64,000 nucleotides of DNA from Eledone cirrhosa (taxonomy: Eukaryota), in the NCBI GenBank assembly GCA_964016885.1, contig OZ024741.1, forward strand, positions 414,966,001-415,030,000, in the 5' to 3' direction. A program made the position numbers and the translations under genes. The first letter of the stretch is position 1. The number at the start of each line of letters is the position of its first letter. Positions 24,871 through 39,000 of the stretch are shown here, piece after piece. The notes under the pieces are model-generated. The model made no database searches. It had not been told where the DNA came from and saw nothing but the letters and a program-made list of their open reading frames with translations.

Positions 24871-27800
24871 CAGAATTCCCTCACTTCTTTCTGTTCAAAC
24901 CAGCTGTATCTGCCCAGAATTCTCTCACCTGTTTATGTTCAAACCAGCTGTATCTGGTCAGAATTCTCTCACTTCTTTCTGTTTAAACCAGCTGTATCTG
25001 GCCAGAATTCTCTCAATTTATTTCTGTTCAAACCAGCTGTATCTGACCAGAATTCCCTCACCTCTTTCTATTCAAACCAGCTGTATCTGACCAGAATTCT
25101 CTCACTTCTTTCTGTTCAAACCAGCTGTATCTGCCCAGAATTCCCTCACCTCTTTCTGTTCAAACCAGCTGTATCTGCCCAGAATTCCCCCACTTCTTTC
25201 TGTTCAAACCAGCTGTATCTGCCCAGAATTCCCTCACCTCTTTCTGTTCAAACCAGCTGTATCTGACCAGAATTCTCTCACCTATTTCTGTTCAAACCAG
25301 CCATATCTGCCCAGAATTCCCTCACCTCTTTCTGTTCAAACCAGCTGTATCTGACCAGAATTCTCTCACTTCTTTCTGTTCAAACCAGCTGTATCTGCCC
25401 AGAATTCCCTCACAGCTTTCTGTTCAAACCAGCTGTATCTGCCAAGAATTCCCTCACCTCTTTCTGTTTAAACCTTCTGTATATGCCCAGAATTTTCTCA
25501 CCTTTTTCTCTTCAAAGCAGCTGTATCTGCCCAGAAATCCCTCACCTCTTTCTGTTTAAACCAGCTGTATCTGGCCAGAATTCCCTCACTTCTTTCTGTT
25601 TAAACCTTCTGTATATGCCCAGAATTTTCTCACCTCTTTCTGTTCAAACCAGCTGTATCTGCCCAGAATTCCCTCACTTCTTTCTGTTCAAACCAGCTGT
25701 ATCTGCCCAGAATTCCCTCACCTCTTTCTGTTCAAACCAGCTGTATCTGACCAGAATTCTCTCACCTATTTCTGTTCAAACCAGCCATATCTGCCCAGAA
25801 TTCCCTCACCTCTTTCTGTTCAAACCAGCTGTATCTAACCAGAATTCTCTCACTTCTTTCTGTTCAAACCAGCTGTATCTGACCAGAATTCTCTCACCTC
25901 TTTCTGTTCATACCAGCTGTATCTGCCCAGAATTCCCTCACAGCTTTCTGTTCAAACCAGCTGTATCTGCCCAGAATTCCCTCACCTCTTTCTGTTTAAA
26001 CCTTCTGTATATGCCCAGAATTTTCTCACCTTTTTCTCTTCAAAGCAGCTGTATCTGCCCAGAATTCCCTCACTTCTTTCTGTTCAAACCAGCTGTATCT
26101 GCCCAGAATTCCTTACCTCTTTCTGTTCAAACCAGCTGTATCTGGCCAGAATTCCCTCACCTCTTTCTCTTCAAAGCAGCTGTATCTGCCCAGAATTCCC
26201 TCACTTCTTTCTGTTCAAACCAGCTGTATCTGCCCAGAAATCCCTCACCTCTTTCTGTTTAAACCAGCTGTATCTGACCAGCATTCCCTCACCCCTTTCT
26301 GTGCAAACCAGCTGTATCTGGCCAGAATTCTCTTACCTCTTTCTGTTCAAACCAGCTGTATCTGCCCAGAATTCCTTCACTTCTTTCTGTTCAAACCAGC
26401 TGTATCTGCCCAGAGTTCCCTCACCTCTTTCTGTTCAAACCAGCTCTATCAGACCAGCATTCCCTCACCTCTTTCTGTTCAAACCAGCTGTATCTGGCCA
26501 GAATTCCCTCACCTCTTTCTGTTTAAACCAGCTGTATCTGGCCAGAATTCTCTCACTTGTTTCTGTTCAAACCAGCTGTATCTGGTCAGAATTCTCTCAC
26601 TTATTTCCGTTTAAACCAGCTGTATCTGCCCAGAATTCCCTCACCTCTTTCTGTTCAAACCATCTGTATCTGACCAGAATTCCCTCTACTCTTTCTGTTC
26701 AAACCAGCCATATCTGCCCAGAATTCCCTCACCTCTTTCTGTTCAAACCAGCTGTATCTGACCAGAATTCTCTCACCTCTTTCTGTTCAAACCAGCTGTA
26801 TCTGGCCAGAATTCCCTCACCTCTTTTTGTTCAAACCAGCTCTATCTGACCAGCATTCCCTCACCTCTTTCTGTTCAAACCAGCTGTATCTGGCCAGAAT
26901 TCTCTTACCTCTTTCTGTTCAAACCAGCTGTATCTGCCCAGAATTCCCTCACTTCTTTCTGTTCAAACCAGCTGTATCTGCCCAGAGTTCCCTCACCTCT
27001 TTCTGTTCAAACCAGCTCTATCAGACCAGCATTCCCTCACCTCTTTCTGTTCAAACCAGCTGTATCTGGCCAGAATTCCCTCACCTCTTTCTGTTTAAAC
27101 CAGCTGTATCTGGCCAGAATTCTCTCACTTGTTTCTGTTCAAACCAGCTGTATCTGGTCAGAATTCTCTCACTTATTTCCGTTTAAACCAGCTGTATCTG
27201 GCCAGATTTCTCTCACTTCTTTTTATTCAAACCAGCTGTATATGACCAGAATTCTCTCACTTCTTTCTGTTCAAACCAGCTGTATCTGCCCAGAATTCCT
27301 TCTCCTCTTTCTGTTCAAACCAGCTGTATCTGACCAGAATTCCCTCTCCTCTTTCTGTTTAAACCATCTGTATCTGCCCAGAATTCTGTCACTTCTTTCT
27401 GTTCAAACCAGCTGTATCTGCCCAGAATTCCCTCACCGCTTTCTGTTCAAACCAGCTGTATCTGCCCAGAATTCCCTCACCTCTTTCTGTTTAAACCTTC
27501 TGTATATGCCCAGAATGTTCTCACCTCTTTCTGTTCAAAGCAGCTGTATCTGCCCAGAATTCCCTCACTTCTTTCTGTTCAAACCAGCTGTATCTGCCCA
27601 GAAATCCCTCACCTCTTTCTGTTCAAACCAGCTGTATCTGACCAGAATTCTCTCACCTCTTTCTGTTCAAACCAGCTGTATCTGCCCAGAATTCCCTCAC
27701 TTCTTTCTGTTCAAACCAGCTGTATCTGCCCAAAAATCCCTCACCTCTTTCTGTTTAAACCAGCTGTATCTGGCCAGAATTCCCTCACTTCTTTCTGTTT

Positions 27801-30800
27801 AAACCTTATGTATATGCCCAGAATTTTCTCACCTCTTTCTGTTCAAACCAGCTGTATCTGCCCAGAATTCCCTCACTTCTTTCTGTTCAAACCAGCTGTA
27901 TCTGCCCAGAATTCCCTCACCTCTTTCTGTTCAAACCAGCTGTATCTGACCAGAATTCTCTCACCTATTTCTGTTCAAACCAGCCATATCTGCCCAGAAT
28001 TCCCTCACCTCTTTCTGTTCAAACCAGCTGTATCTGACCAGAATTCTCTCACTTCTTTCTGTTCAAACCAGCTGTATCTGACCAGAATTCTCTCACCTCT
28101 TTCTGTTCAAACCAGCTGTATCTGCCCAGAATTCCCTCACAGCTTTCTGTTCAAACCAGCTGTATCTGCCCAGAATTCCCTCACCTCTTTCTGTTTAAAC
28201 CTTCTGTATATGCCCAGAATTTTCTCACCTTTTTCTCTTCAAAGCAGCTGTATCTGCCCAGAATTCCCTCACTTCTTTCTGTTCAAACCAGCTGTATCTG
28301 CCCAGAATTCCTTACCTCTTTCTGTTCAAACCAGCTGTATCTGGCCAGAATTCCCTCACCTCTTTCTGTTCAAATCATCTGTATCTGTCCAGAATTCTCT
28401 CACTTCTTTCTGTTCAAACCAGCCATATCTGCCCAGAATTCCCTCACCTCTTTCTGTTCAAACCAGCTGTATCTGACCAGAATTCTCTCACTTCATTCTG
28501 TTCAACCCAGCTGTATCTGACCAGAATTCTCTCACCTCTTTCTGTTCAAACCAGCTGTATCTGCCCAGAATTCCCTCACTTCTTTCTGTTCAAACCAGCT
28601 GTATCTGCCCAGAAATCCCTCACCTCTTTCTGTTTAAACCAGCTGTATCTGACCAGAATTCCCTCACTTCATTCTGTTCAACCCAGCTGTATCTGACCAG
28701 AATTCTCTCACCTCTTTCTGTTCAAACCAGCTGTATCTGCCCAGAATTCCCTCACTTCTTTCTGTTCAAACCAGCTCTATCAGACCAGAATTCCCTCACC
28801 TCTTTCTGTTCAAACCAGCTGTATCTGGCCAGAATTCCCTCACCTCTTTCTGTTTAAACCAGCTGTATCTGGCCAGAATTCTCTCACTTCTTTCTGTTCA
28901 AACCAGCTGTATCTGGTCAGAATTCTCTCACTTATTTCCGTTTAAACCAGCTGTATCTGGCCAGATTTCTCTCACTTCTTTTTATGCAAACCAGCTGTAT
29001 CTGCCCAGAATTCCCTCACCTCTTTCTGTTCAAACCAGCTGTATCTGCCCAGAATTCTCTCACCTATTTCTGTTCAAACCAGCCATATCTGCCCAGAATT
29101 CCCTCACCTCTTTCTGTTCAAACCAGCTGTATCTGACCAGAATTCTCTCACCTATTTCTGTTCAAACCAGCCATATCTGCCCAGAATTCCCTCACCTCTT
29201 TCTGTTCAAACCAGCTGTATCTGACCAGAATTCTCTCACTTCTTTCTGTTCAAACCAGCTGTATCTGCCCAGAATTCTCTCACCTCTTTCTGTTCATACC
29301 AGCTGTATCTGACCAGAATTCTCTCACTTCTTTCTGTTCAAACCAGCTGTATCTGACCAGAATTCTCTCACCTCTTTCTGTTCAAACCAGCTGTATCTGC
29401 CCAGAATTCCCTCACCTCTTTCTGTTTAAACCTTCTGTATATGCCCAGAATTTTCTCACCTTTTTCTCTTCAAAGCAGCTGTATCTGCCCAGAATTCCCT
29501 CACTTCTTTCTGTTCAAACCAGCTGTATCTGCCCAGAATTCCTTACCTCTTTCTTTTCAAACCAGCTGTATCTGGCCAGAATTCCCTCACCTCTTTCTGT
29601 TCAAATCATCTGTATCTGCCCAGAATTCTCTCACTTCTTTCTGTTCAAACCAGCCATATCTGCCCAGAATTCCCTCACCTCTTTCTGTTCAAACCAGCTG
29701 TATCTGACCAGAATTCTCTCACTTCATTCTGTTCAACCCAGCTGTATCTGACCAGAATTCTCTCACCTCTTTCTGTTCAAACCAGCTGTATCTGCCCAGA
29801 ATTCCCTCACTTCTTTCTGTTCAAACCAGCTGTATCTGCCCAGAAATCCCTCACCTCTTTCTGTTTAAACCAGCTGTATCTGGCCAGAATTCCCTCACTT
29901 CTTTCTGTTTAAACCTTCTGTATATGCCCAGAATTTTCTCACCTCTTTCTGTTCAAACCAGCTGTATCTGCCCAGAATTCCCTCACTTCTTTCTGTTCAA
30001 ACCAACTGTATCTGCCCAGAATTCCCTCACCTCTTTCTGTTCAAACCAGCTGTATCTGCCCAGAATTCCCTCACCTCTTTCTGTTCAAACCAGCTGTATC
30101 TGACCAGAATTCTCTCACCTATTTCTGTTCAAACCAGCCATATCTGCCCAGAATTCCCTCACCTCTTTCTGTTCAAACCAGCTGTATCTGACCAGAATTC
30201 TCTCACTTCTTTCTGTTCAAACCAGCTGTATCTGTCCAGAATTCTCTCACCGCTTTCTGTTCAAACCAGCTGTATCTGCCCAGAATTCCCTCACCTCTTT
30301 CTGTTTAAACCTTCTGTATATGCCCAGAATGTTCTCACCTCTTTCTGTTCAAAGCAGCTGTATCTGCCCAGAATTCCCTCACTTCTTTCTGTTCAAACCA
30401 GCTGTATCTGCCCAGAAATCCCTCACCTCTTTCTGTTCAAACCAGCTGTATCTGACCAGAATTCTCTCACCTCTTTCTGTTCAAACCAGCTGTATCTGCC
30501 CAGAATTCCCTCACTTCTTTCTGTTCAAACCAGCTGTATCTGCCCAGAAATCCCTCACCTCTTTCTGTTCAAACCAGCTGTATCTGACCAGAATTCTCTC
30601 ACCTATTTCTGTTCAAACCAGCCATATCTGCCCAGAATTCCCTCACCTCTTTCTGTTCAAACCAGCTGTATCTGACCAGAATTCTCTCACTTCTTTCTGT
30701 TCAAACCAGCTGTATCTGTCCAGAATTCTCTCACCGCTTTCTGTTCAAACCAGCTGTATCTGCCCAGAATTCCCTCACCTCTTTCTGTTTAAACCTTCTG

Positions 30801-32831
30801 TATATGCCCAGAATGTTCTCACCTCTTTCTGTTCAAAGCAGCTGTATCTGCCCAGAATTCCCTCACTTCTTTCTGTTCAAACCAGCTGTATCTGCCCAGA
30901 AATCCCTCACCTCTTTCTGTTCAAACCAGCTGTATCTGACCAGAATTCTCTCACCTCTTTCTGTTTAAACCAGCTGTATCTGGCCAGAATTCCCTCACTT
31001 CTTTCTGTTTAAACCTTCTGTATATGCCCAGAATTTTCTCACCTCTTTCTGTTCAAACCAGCTGTATCTGCCCAGAATTCCCTCACTTCTTTCTGTTCAA
31101 ACCAGCTGTATCTGCCCAGAATTCCCTCACCTCTTTCTGTTCAAACCAGCTGTATCTGACCAGAATTCTCTCACCTATTTCTGTTCAAACCAGCCATATC
31201 TGCCCAGAATTCCCTCACCTCTTTCTGTTCAAACCAGCTGTATCTGACCAGAATTCTCTCACTTCTTTCTGTTCAAACCAGCTGTATCTGACCAGAATTC
31301 TCTCACCTCTTTCTGTTCAAACCAGCTGTATCTGCCCAGAATTCCCTCACAGCTTTCTGTTCAAACCAGCTGTATCTGCCCAGAATTCCCTCACCTCTTT
31401 CTGTTTAAACCTTCTGTATATGCCCAGAATTTTCTCACCTTTTTCTCTTCAAAGCAGCTGTATCTGCCCAGAATTCCCTCAGTTCTTTCTGTTCAAACCA
31501 GCTGTATCTGCCCAGAATTCCTTACCTCTTTCTGTTCAAACCAGCTGTATCTGGCCAGAATTCCCTCACCTCTTTCTGTTCAAATCATCTGTATCTGTCC
31601 AGAATTCTCTCACTTCTTTCTGTTCAAACCAGCCATATCTGCCCAGAATTCCCTCACCTCTTTCTGTTCAAACCAGCTGTATCTGACCAGAATTCTCTCA
31701 CTTCATTCTGTTCAACCCAGCTGTATCTGACCAGAATTCTCTCACCTCTTTCTGTTCAAACCAGCTGTATCTGCCCAGAATCCCCTCACTTCTTTCTGTT
31801 CAAACCAGCTGTATCTGCCCAGAAATCCCTCACCTCTTTCTGTTTAAACCAGCTGTATCTGGCCAGAATTCCCTCACTTCTTTCTGTTTAAACCTTCTGT
31901 ATATGCCCAGAATTTTCTCACCTCTTTCTGTTCAAACCAGCTGTATCTGCCCAGAATTCCCTCACTTCTTTCTGTTCAAACCAGCTGTATCTGCCCAGAA
32001 TTCCCTCACCTCTTTCTGTTCAAACCAGCTGTATCTGACCAGAATTCTCTCACTTCATTCTGTTCAACCCAGCTGTATCTGACCAGAATTCTCTCACCTC
32101 TTTCTGTTCAAACCAGCTGTATCTGCCCAGAATTCCCTCACCTCTTTCTGTTCAAACCAGCTGTATCTGACCAGAATTCTCTCACCTATTTCTGTTCAAA
32201 CCAGCCATATCTGCCCAGAATTCCCTCACCTCTTTCTGTTCAAACCAGCTGTATCTGACCAGAATTCTCTCACTTCTTTCTGTTCAAACCAGCTGTATCT
32301 GTCCAGAATTCTCTCACCGCTTTCTGTTCAAACCAGCTGTATCTGCCCAGAATTCCCTCACCTCTTTCTGTTTAAACCTTCTGTATATGCCTAGAATGTT
32401 CTCACCTCTTTCTGTTCAAAGCAGCTGTATCTGCCCAGAATTCCCTCACTTCTTTCTGTTCAAACCAGCTGTATCTGCCCAGAAATCCCTCACCTCTTTC
32501 TGTTCAAACCAGCTGTATCTGACCAGAATTCTCTCACCTCTTTCTGTTCAAACCAGCTGTATCTGCCCAGAATTCCCTCACTTCTTTCTGTTCAAACCAG
32601 CTGTATCTGCCCAGAAATCCCTCACCTCTTTCTGTTTAAACCAGCTGTATCTGGCCAGAATTCCCTCACTTCTTTCTGTTTAAACCTTCTGTATATGCCC
32701 AGAATTTTCTCACCTCTTTCTGTTCAAACCAGCTGTATCTGCCCAGAATTCCCTCACTTCTTTCTGTTCAAACCAGCTGTATCTGCCCAGAATTCCCTCA
32801 CCTCTTTCTGTTCAAACCAGCTGTATCTGAC

Positions 32832-33095
32832 CAGAATTCTCTCACCTATTTCTGTTCAAACCAGCCATATCTGCCCAGAATTCCCTCACCTCTTTCTGTT
32901 CAAACCAGCTGTATCTGACCAGAATTCTCTCACCTATTTCTGTTCAAACCAGCCATATCTGCCCAGAATTCCCTCACCTCTTTCTGTTCAAACCAGCTGT
33001 ATCTGACCAGAATTCTCTCACCTATTTCTGTTCAAACCAGCCATATCTGCCCAGAATTCCCTCACCTCTTTCTGTTCAAACCAGCTGTATCTGAC
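32832..33095. repeat. Three tandem copies of an 88-bp dimer (CCTATTTC...CCAGCCATATC monomer plus a near-consensus monomer)
   Basis: CTCACCTATT occurs at 32841, 32929 and 33017. The same run recurs near 35520, 45500, 52540 and 55220. Confidence 0.85.
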
Positions 33096-36000
33096 CAGAA
33101 TTCTCTCACTTCTTTCTGTTCAAACCAGCTGTATCTGCCCAGAATTCTCTCACCTCTTTCTGTTCATACCAGCTGTATCTGACCAGAATTCTCTCACTTC
33201 TTTCTGTTCAAACCAGCTGTATCTGACCAGAATTCTCTCACCTCTTTCTGTTCAAACCAGCTGTATCTGCCCAGAATTCCCTCACCTCTTTCTGTTTAAA
33301 CCTTCTGTATATGCCCAGAATTTTCTCACCTTTTTCTCTTCAAAGCAGCTGTATCTGCCCAGAATTCCCTCACTTCTTTCTGTTCAAACCAGCTGTATCT
33401 GCCCAGAATTCCCTCACCTCTTTCTGTTTAAACCTTCTGTATATGCCCAGAATTTTCTCACCTTTTTCTCTTCAAAGCAGCTGTATCTGCCCAGAAATCC
33501 CTCACCTCTTTCTGTTCAAACCAGCTGTATCTGACCAGAATTCTCTCACCTCTTTCTGTTCAAACCAGCTGTATCTGCCCAGAATTCCCTCACTTCTTTC
33601 TGTTCAAACCAGCTGTATCTGCCCAGAAATCCCTCACCTCTTTCTGTTTAAACCAGCTGTATCTGGCCAGAATTCCCTCACTTCTTTCTGTTTAAACCTT
33701 CTGTATATGCCCAGAATTTTCTCACCTCTTTCTGTTCAAACCAGCTGTATCTGCCCAGAATTCCCTCACTTCTTTCTGTTCAAACCAGCTGTATCTGCCC
33801 AGAATTCCCTCACCTCTTTCTGTTCAAACCAGCTGTATCTGACCAGAATTCTCTCACCTATTTCTGTTCAAACCAGCCATATCTGCTCAGAATTCCCTCA
33901 CCTCTTTCTGTTCAAACCAGCTGTATCTGACCAGAATTCTCTCACTTCTTTCTGTTCAAACCAGCTGTATCTGACCAGAATTCTCTCACCTCTTTCTGTT
34001 CAAACCAGCTGTATCTGCCCAGAATTCCCTCACAGCTTTCTGTTCAAACCAGCTGTATCTGCCCAGAATTCCCTCACCTCTTTCTGTTTAAACCTTCTGT
34101 ATATGCCCAGAATTTTCTCACCTTTTTCTCTTCAAAGCAGCTGTATCTGCCCAGAATTCCCTCACTTCTTTCTGTTCAAACCAGCTGTATCTGCCCAGAA
34201 TTCCTTACCTCTTTCTGTTCAAACCAGCTGTATCTGGCCAGAATTCCCTCACCTCTTTCTGTTCAAATCATCTGTATCTGTCCAGAATTCTCTCACTTCT
34301 TTCTGTTCAAACCAGCCATATCTGCCCAGAATTCCCTCACCTCTTTCTGTTCAAACCAGCTGTATCTGACCAGAATTCTCTCACTTCATTCTGTTCAACC
34401 CAGCTGTATCTGACCAGAATTCTCTCACCTCTTTCTGTTCAAACCAGCTGTATCTGCCCAGAATCCCCTCACTTCTTTCTGTTCAAACCAGCTGTATCTG
34501 CCCAGAAATCCCTCACCTCTTTCTGTTTAAACCAGCTGTATCTGGCCAGAATTCCCTCACTTCTTTCTGTTTAAACCTTCTGTATATGCCCAGAATTTTC
34601 TCACCTCTTTCTGTTCAAACCAGCTGTATCTGCCCAGAATTCCCTCACTTCTTTCTGTTCAAACCAGCTGTATCTGCCCAGAATTCCCTCACCTCTTTCT
34701 GTTCAAACCAGCTGTATCTGACCAGAATTCTCTCACTTCATTCTGTTCAACCCAGCTGTATCTGACCAGAATTCTCTCACCTCTTTCTGTTCAAACCAGC
34801 TGTATCTGCCCAGAATTCCCTCACCTCTTTCTGTTCAAACCAGCTGTATCTGACCAGAATTCTCTCACCTATTTCTGTTCAAACCAGCCATATCTGCCCA
34901 GAATTCCCTCACCTCTTTCTGTTCAAACCAGCTGTATCTGACCAGAATTCTCTCACTTCTTTCTGTTCAAACCAGCTGTATCTGTCCAGAATTCTCTCAC
35001 CGCTTTCTGTTCAAACCAGCTGTATCTGCCCAGAATTCCCTCACCTCTTTCTGTTTAAACCTTCTGTATATGCCCAGAATGTTCTCACCTCTTTCTGTTC
35101 AAAGCAGCTGTATCTGCCCAGAATTCCCTCACTTCTTTCTGTTCAAACCAGCTGTATCTGCCCAGAAATCCCTCACCTCTTTCTGTTCAAACCAGCTGTA
35201 TCTGACCAGAATTCTCTCACCTCTTTCTGTTCAAACCAGCTGTATCTGCCCAGAATTCCCTCACTTCTTTCTGTTCAAACCAGCTGTATCTGCCCAGAAA
35301 TCCCTCACCTCTTTCTGTTTAAACCAGCTGTATCTGGCCAGAATTCCCTCACTTCTTTCTGTTTAAACCTTCTGTATATGCCCAGAATTTTCTCACCTCT
35401 TTCTGTTCAAACCAGCTGTATCTGCCCAGAATTCCCTCACTTCTTTCTGTTCAAACCAGCTGTATCTGCCCAGAATTCCCTCACCTCTTTCTGTTCAAAC
35501 CAGCTGTATCTGACCAGAATTCTCTCACCTATTTCTGTTCAAACCAGCCATATCTGCCCAGAATTCCCTCACCTCTTTCTGTTCAAACCAGCTGTATCTG
35601 ACCAGAATTCTCTCACCTATTTCTGTTCAAACCAGCCATATCTGCCCAGAATTCCCTCACCTCTTTCTGTTCAAACCAGCTGTATCTGACCAGAATTCTC
35701 TCACCTATTTCTGTTCAAACCAGCCATATCTGCCCAGAATTCCCTCACCTCTTTCTGTTCAAACCAGCTGTATCTGACCAGAATTCTCTCACTTCTTTCT
35801 GTTCAAACCAGCTGTATCTGCCCAGAATTCTCTCACCTCTTTCTGTTCATACCAGCTGTATCTGACCAGAATTCTCTCACTTCTTTCTGTTCAAACCAGC
35901 TGTATCTGACCAGAATTCTCTCACCTCTTTCTGTTCAAACCAGCTGTATCTGCCCAGAATTCCCTCACCTCTTTCTGTTTAAACCTTCTGTATATGCCCA

Positions 36001-39000
36001 GAATTTTCTCACCTTTTTCTCTTCAAAGCAGCTGTATCTGCCCAGAATTCCCTCACTTCTTTCTGTTCAAACCAGCTGTATCTGCCCAGAATTCCTTACC
36101 TCTTTCTTTTCAAACCAGCTGTATCTGGCCAGAATTCCCTCACCTCTTTCTGTTCAAATCATCTGTATCTGCCCAGAATTCTCTCACTTCTTTCTGTTCA
36201 AACCAGCCATATCTGCCCAGAATTCCCTCACCTCTTTCTGTTCAAACCAGCTGTATCTGACCAGAATTCTCTCACTTCATTCTGTTCAACCCAGCTGTAT
36301 CTGACCAGAATTCTCTCACCTCTTTCTGTTCAAACCAGCTGTATCTGCCCAGAATTCCCTCACTTCTTTCTGTTCAAACCAGCTGTATCTGCCCAGAAAT
36401 CCCTCACCTCTTTCTGTTTAAACCAGCTGTATCTGGCCAGAATTCCCTCACTTCTTTCTGTTTAAACCTTCTGTATATGCCCAGAATTTTCTCACCTCTT
36501 TCTGTTCAAACCAGCTGTATCTGCCCAGAATTCCCTCACTTCTTTCTGTTCAAACCAGCTGTATCTGCCCAGAATTCCCTCACCTCTTTCTGTTCAAACC
36601 AGCTGTATCTGCCCAGAATTCCCTCACCTCTTTCTGTTCAAACCAGCTGTATCTGACCAGAATTCTCTCACCTATTTCTGTTCAAACCAGCCATATCTGC
36701 CCAGAATTCCCTCACCTCTTTCTGTTCAAACCAGCTGTATCTGACCAGAATTCTCTCACTTCTTTCTGTTCAAACCAGCTGTATCTGTCCAGAATTCTCT
36801 CACCGCTTTCTGTTCAAACCAGCTGTATCTGCCCAGAATTCCCTCACCTCTTTCTGTTTAAACCTTCTGTATATGCCCAGAATGTTCTCACCTCTTTCTG
36901 TTCAAAGCAGCTGTATCTGCCCAGAATTCCCTCACTTCTTTCTGTTCAAACCAGCTGTATCTGCCCAGAAATCCCTCACCTCTTTCTGTTCAAACCAGCT
37001 GTATCTGACCAGAATTCTCTCACCTCTTTCTGTTCAAACCAGCTGTATCTGCCCAGAATTCCCTCACTTCTTTCTGTTCAAACCAGCTGTATCTGCCCAG
37101 AAATCCCTCACCTCTTTCTGTTTAAACCAGCTGTATCTGGCCAGAATTCCCTCACTTCTTTCTGTTTAAACCTTCTGTATATGCCCAGAATTTTCTCACC
37201 TCTTTCTGTTCAAACCAGCTGTATCTGCCCAGAATTCCCTCACTTCTTTCTGTTCAAACCAGCTGTATCTGCCCAGAATTCCCTCACCTCTTTCTGTTCA
37301 AACCAGCTGTATCTGACCAGAATTCTCTCACCTATTTCTGTTCAAACCAGCCATATCTGCCCAGAATTCCCTCACCTCTTTCTGTTCAAACCAGCTGTAT
37401 CTGACCAGAATTCTCTCACTTCTTTCTGTTCAAACCAGCTGTATCTGACCAGAATTCTCTCACCTCTTTCTGTTCAAACCAGCTGTATCTGCCCAGAATT
37501 CCCTCACAGCTTTCTGTTCAAACCAGCTGTATCTGCCCAGAATTCCCTCACCTCTTTCTGTTTAAACCTTCTGTATATGCCCAGAATTTTCTCACCTTTT
37601 TCTCTTCAAAGCAGCTGTATCTGCCCAGAATTCCCTCACTTCTTTCTGTTCAAACCAGCTGTATCTGCCCAGAATTCCTTACCTCTTTCTGTTCAAACCA
37701 GCTGTATCTGGCCAGAATTCCCTCACCTCTTTCTGTTCAAATCATCTGTATCTGTCCAGAATTCTCTCACTTCTTTCTGTTCAAACCAGCCATATCTGCC
37801 CAGAATTCCCTCACCTCTTTCTGTTCAAACCAGCTGTATCTGACCAGAATTCTCTCACTTCATTCTGTTCAACCCAGCTGTATCTGACCAGAATTCTCTC
37901 ACCTCTTTCTGTTCAAACCAGCTGTATCTGCCCAGAATCCCCTCACTTCTTTCTGTTCAAACCAGCTGTATCTGCCCAGAAATCCCTCACCTCTTTCTGT
38001 TTAAACCAGCTGTATCTGGCCAGAATTCCCTCACTTCTTTCTGTTTAAACCTTCTGTATATGCCCAGAATTTTCTCACCTCTTTCTGTTCAAACCAGCTG
38101 TATCTGCCCAGAATTCCCTCACTTCTTTCTGTTCAAACCAGCTGTATCTGCCCAGAATTCCCTCACCTCTTTCTGTTCAAACCAGCTGTATCTGACCAGA
38201 ATTCTCTCACTTCATTCTGTTCAACCCAGCTGTATCTGACCAGAATTCTCTCACCTCTTTCTGTTCAAACCAGCTGTATCTGCCCAGAATTCCCTCACCT
38301 CTTTCTGTTCAAACCAGCTGTATCTGACCAGAATTCTCTCACCTATTTCTGTTCAAACCAGCCATATCTGCCCAGAATTCCCTCACCTCTTTCTGTTCAA
38401 ACCAGCTGTATCTGACCAGAATTCTCTCACTTCTTTCTGTTCAAACCAGCTGTATCTGTCCAGAATTCTCTCACCGCTTTCTGTTCAAACCAGCTGTATC
38501 TGCCCAGAATTCCCTCACCTCTTTCTGTTTAAACCTTCTGTATATGCCCAGAATGTTCTCACCTCTTTCTGTTCAAAGCAGCTGTATCTGCCCAGAATTC
38601 CCTCACTTCTTTCTGTTCAAACCAGCTGTATCTGCCCAGAAATCCCTCACCTCTTTCTGTTCAAACCAGCTGTATCTGACCAGAATTCTCTCACCTCTTT
38701 CTGTTCAAACCAGCTGTATCTGCCCAGAATTCCCTCACTTCTTTCTGTTCAAACCAGCTGTATCTGCCCAGAAATCCCTCACCTCTTTCTGTTTAAACCA
38801 GCTGTATCTGGCCAGAATTCCCTCACTTCTTTCTGTTTAAACCTTCTGTATATGCCCAGAATTTTCTCACCTCTTTCTGTTCAAACCAGCTGTATCTGCC
38901 CAGAATTCCCTCACTTCTTTCTGTTCAAACCAGCTGTATCTGCCCAGAATTCCCTCACCTCTTTCTGTTCAAACCAGCTGTATCTGACCAGAATTCTCTC

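Larger units (their letters stand above)
5499..25047. repeat. 45-bp (+1) variant monomer CAGAATTCTCTCAATTTATTTCTG..., 13 dispersed copies
   Basis: Starts at 5499, 13728, 13993, 16018, 16107, 17736, 18001, 19762, 19851, 21392, 21657, 23110 and 25003. Each copy shifts the array phase by +1. Confidence 0.9.

Noticed and set aside
27511-27522. Heat-shock elements in the AGAATGTTCT and AGAATTTTCT alleles, and a STAT-like TTCCCAGAA near 3383
   Set aside because: These have only two nGAAn units where three are normally needed. The STAT-like site is a lone variant. Both are expected by chance.
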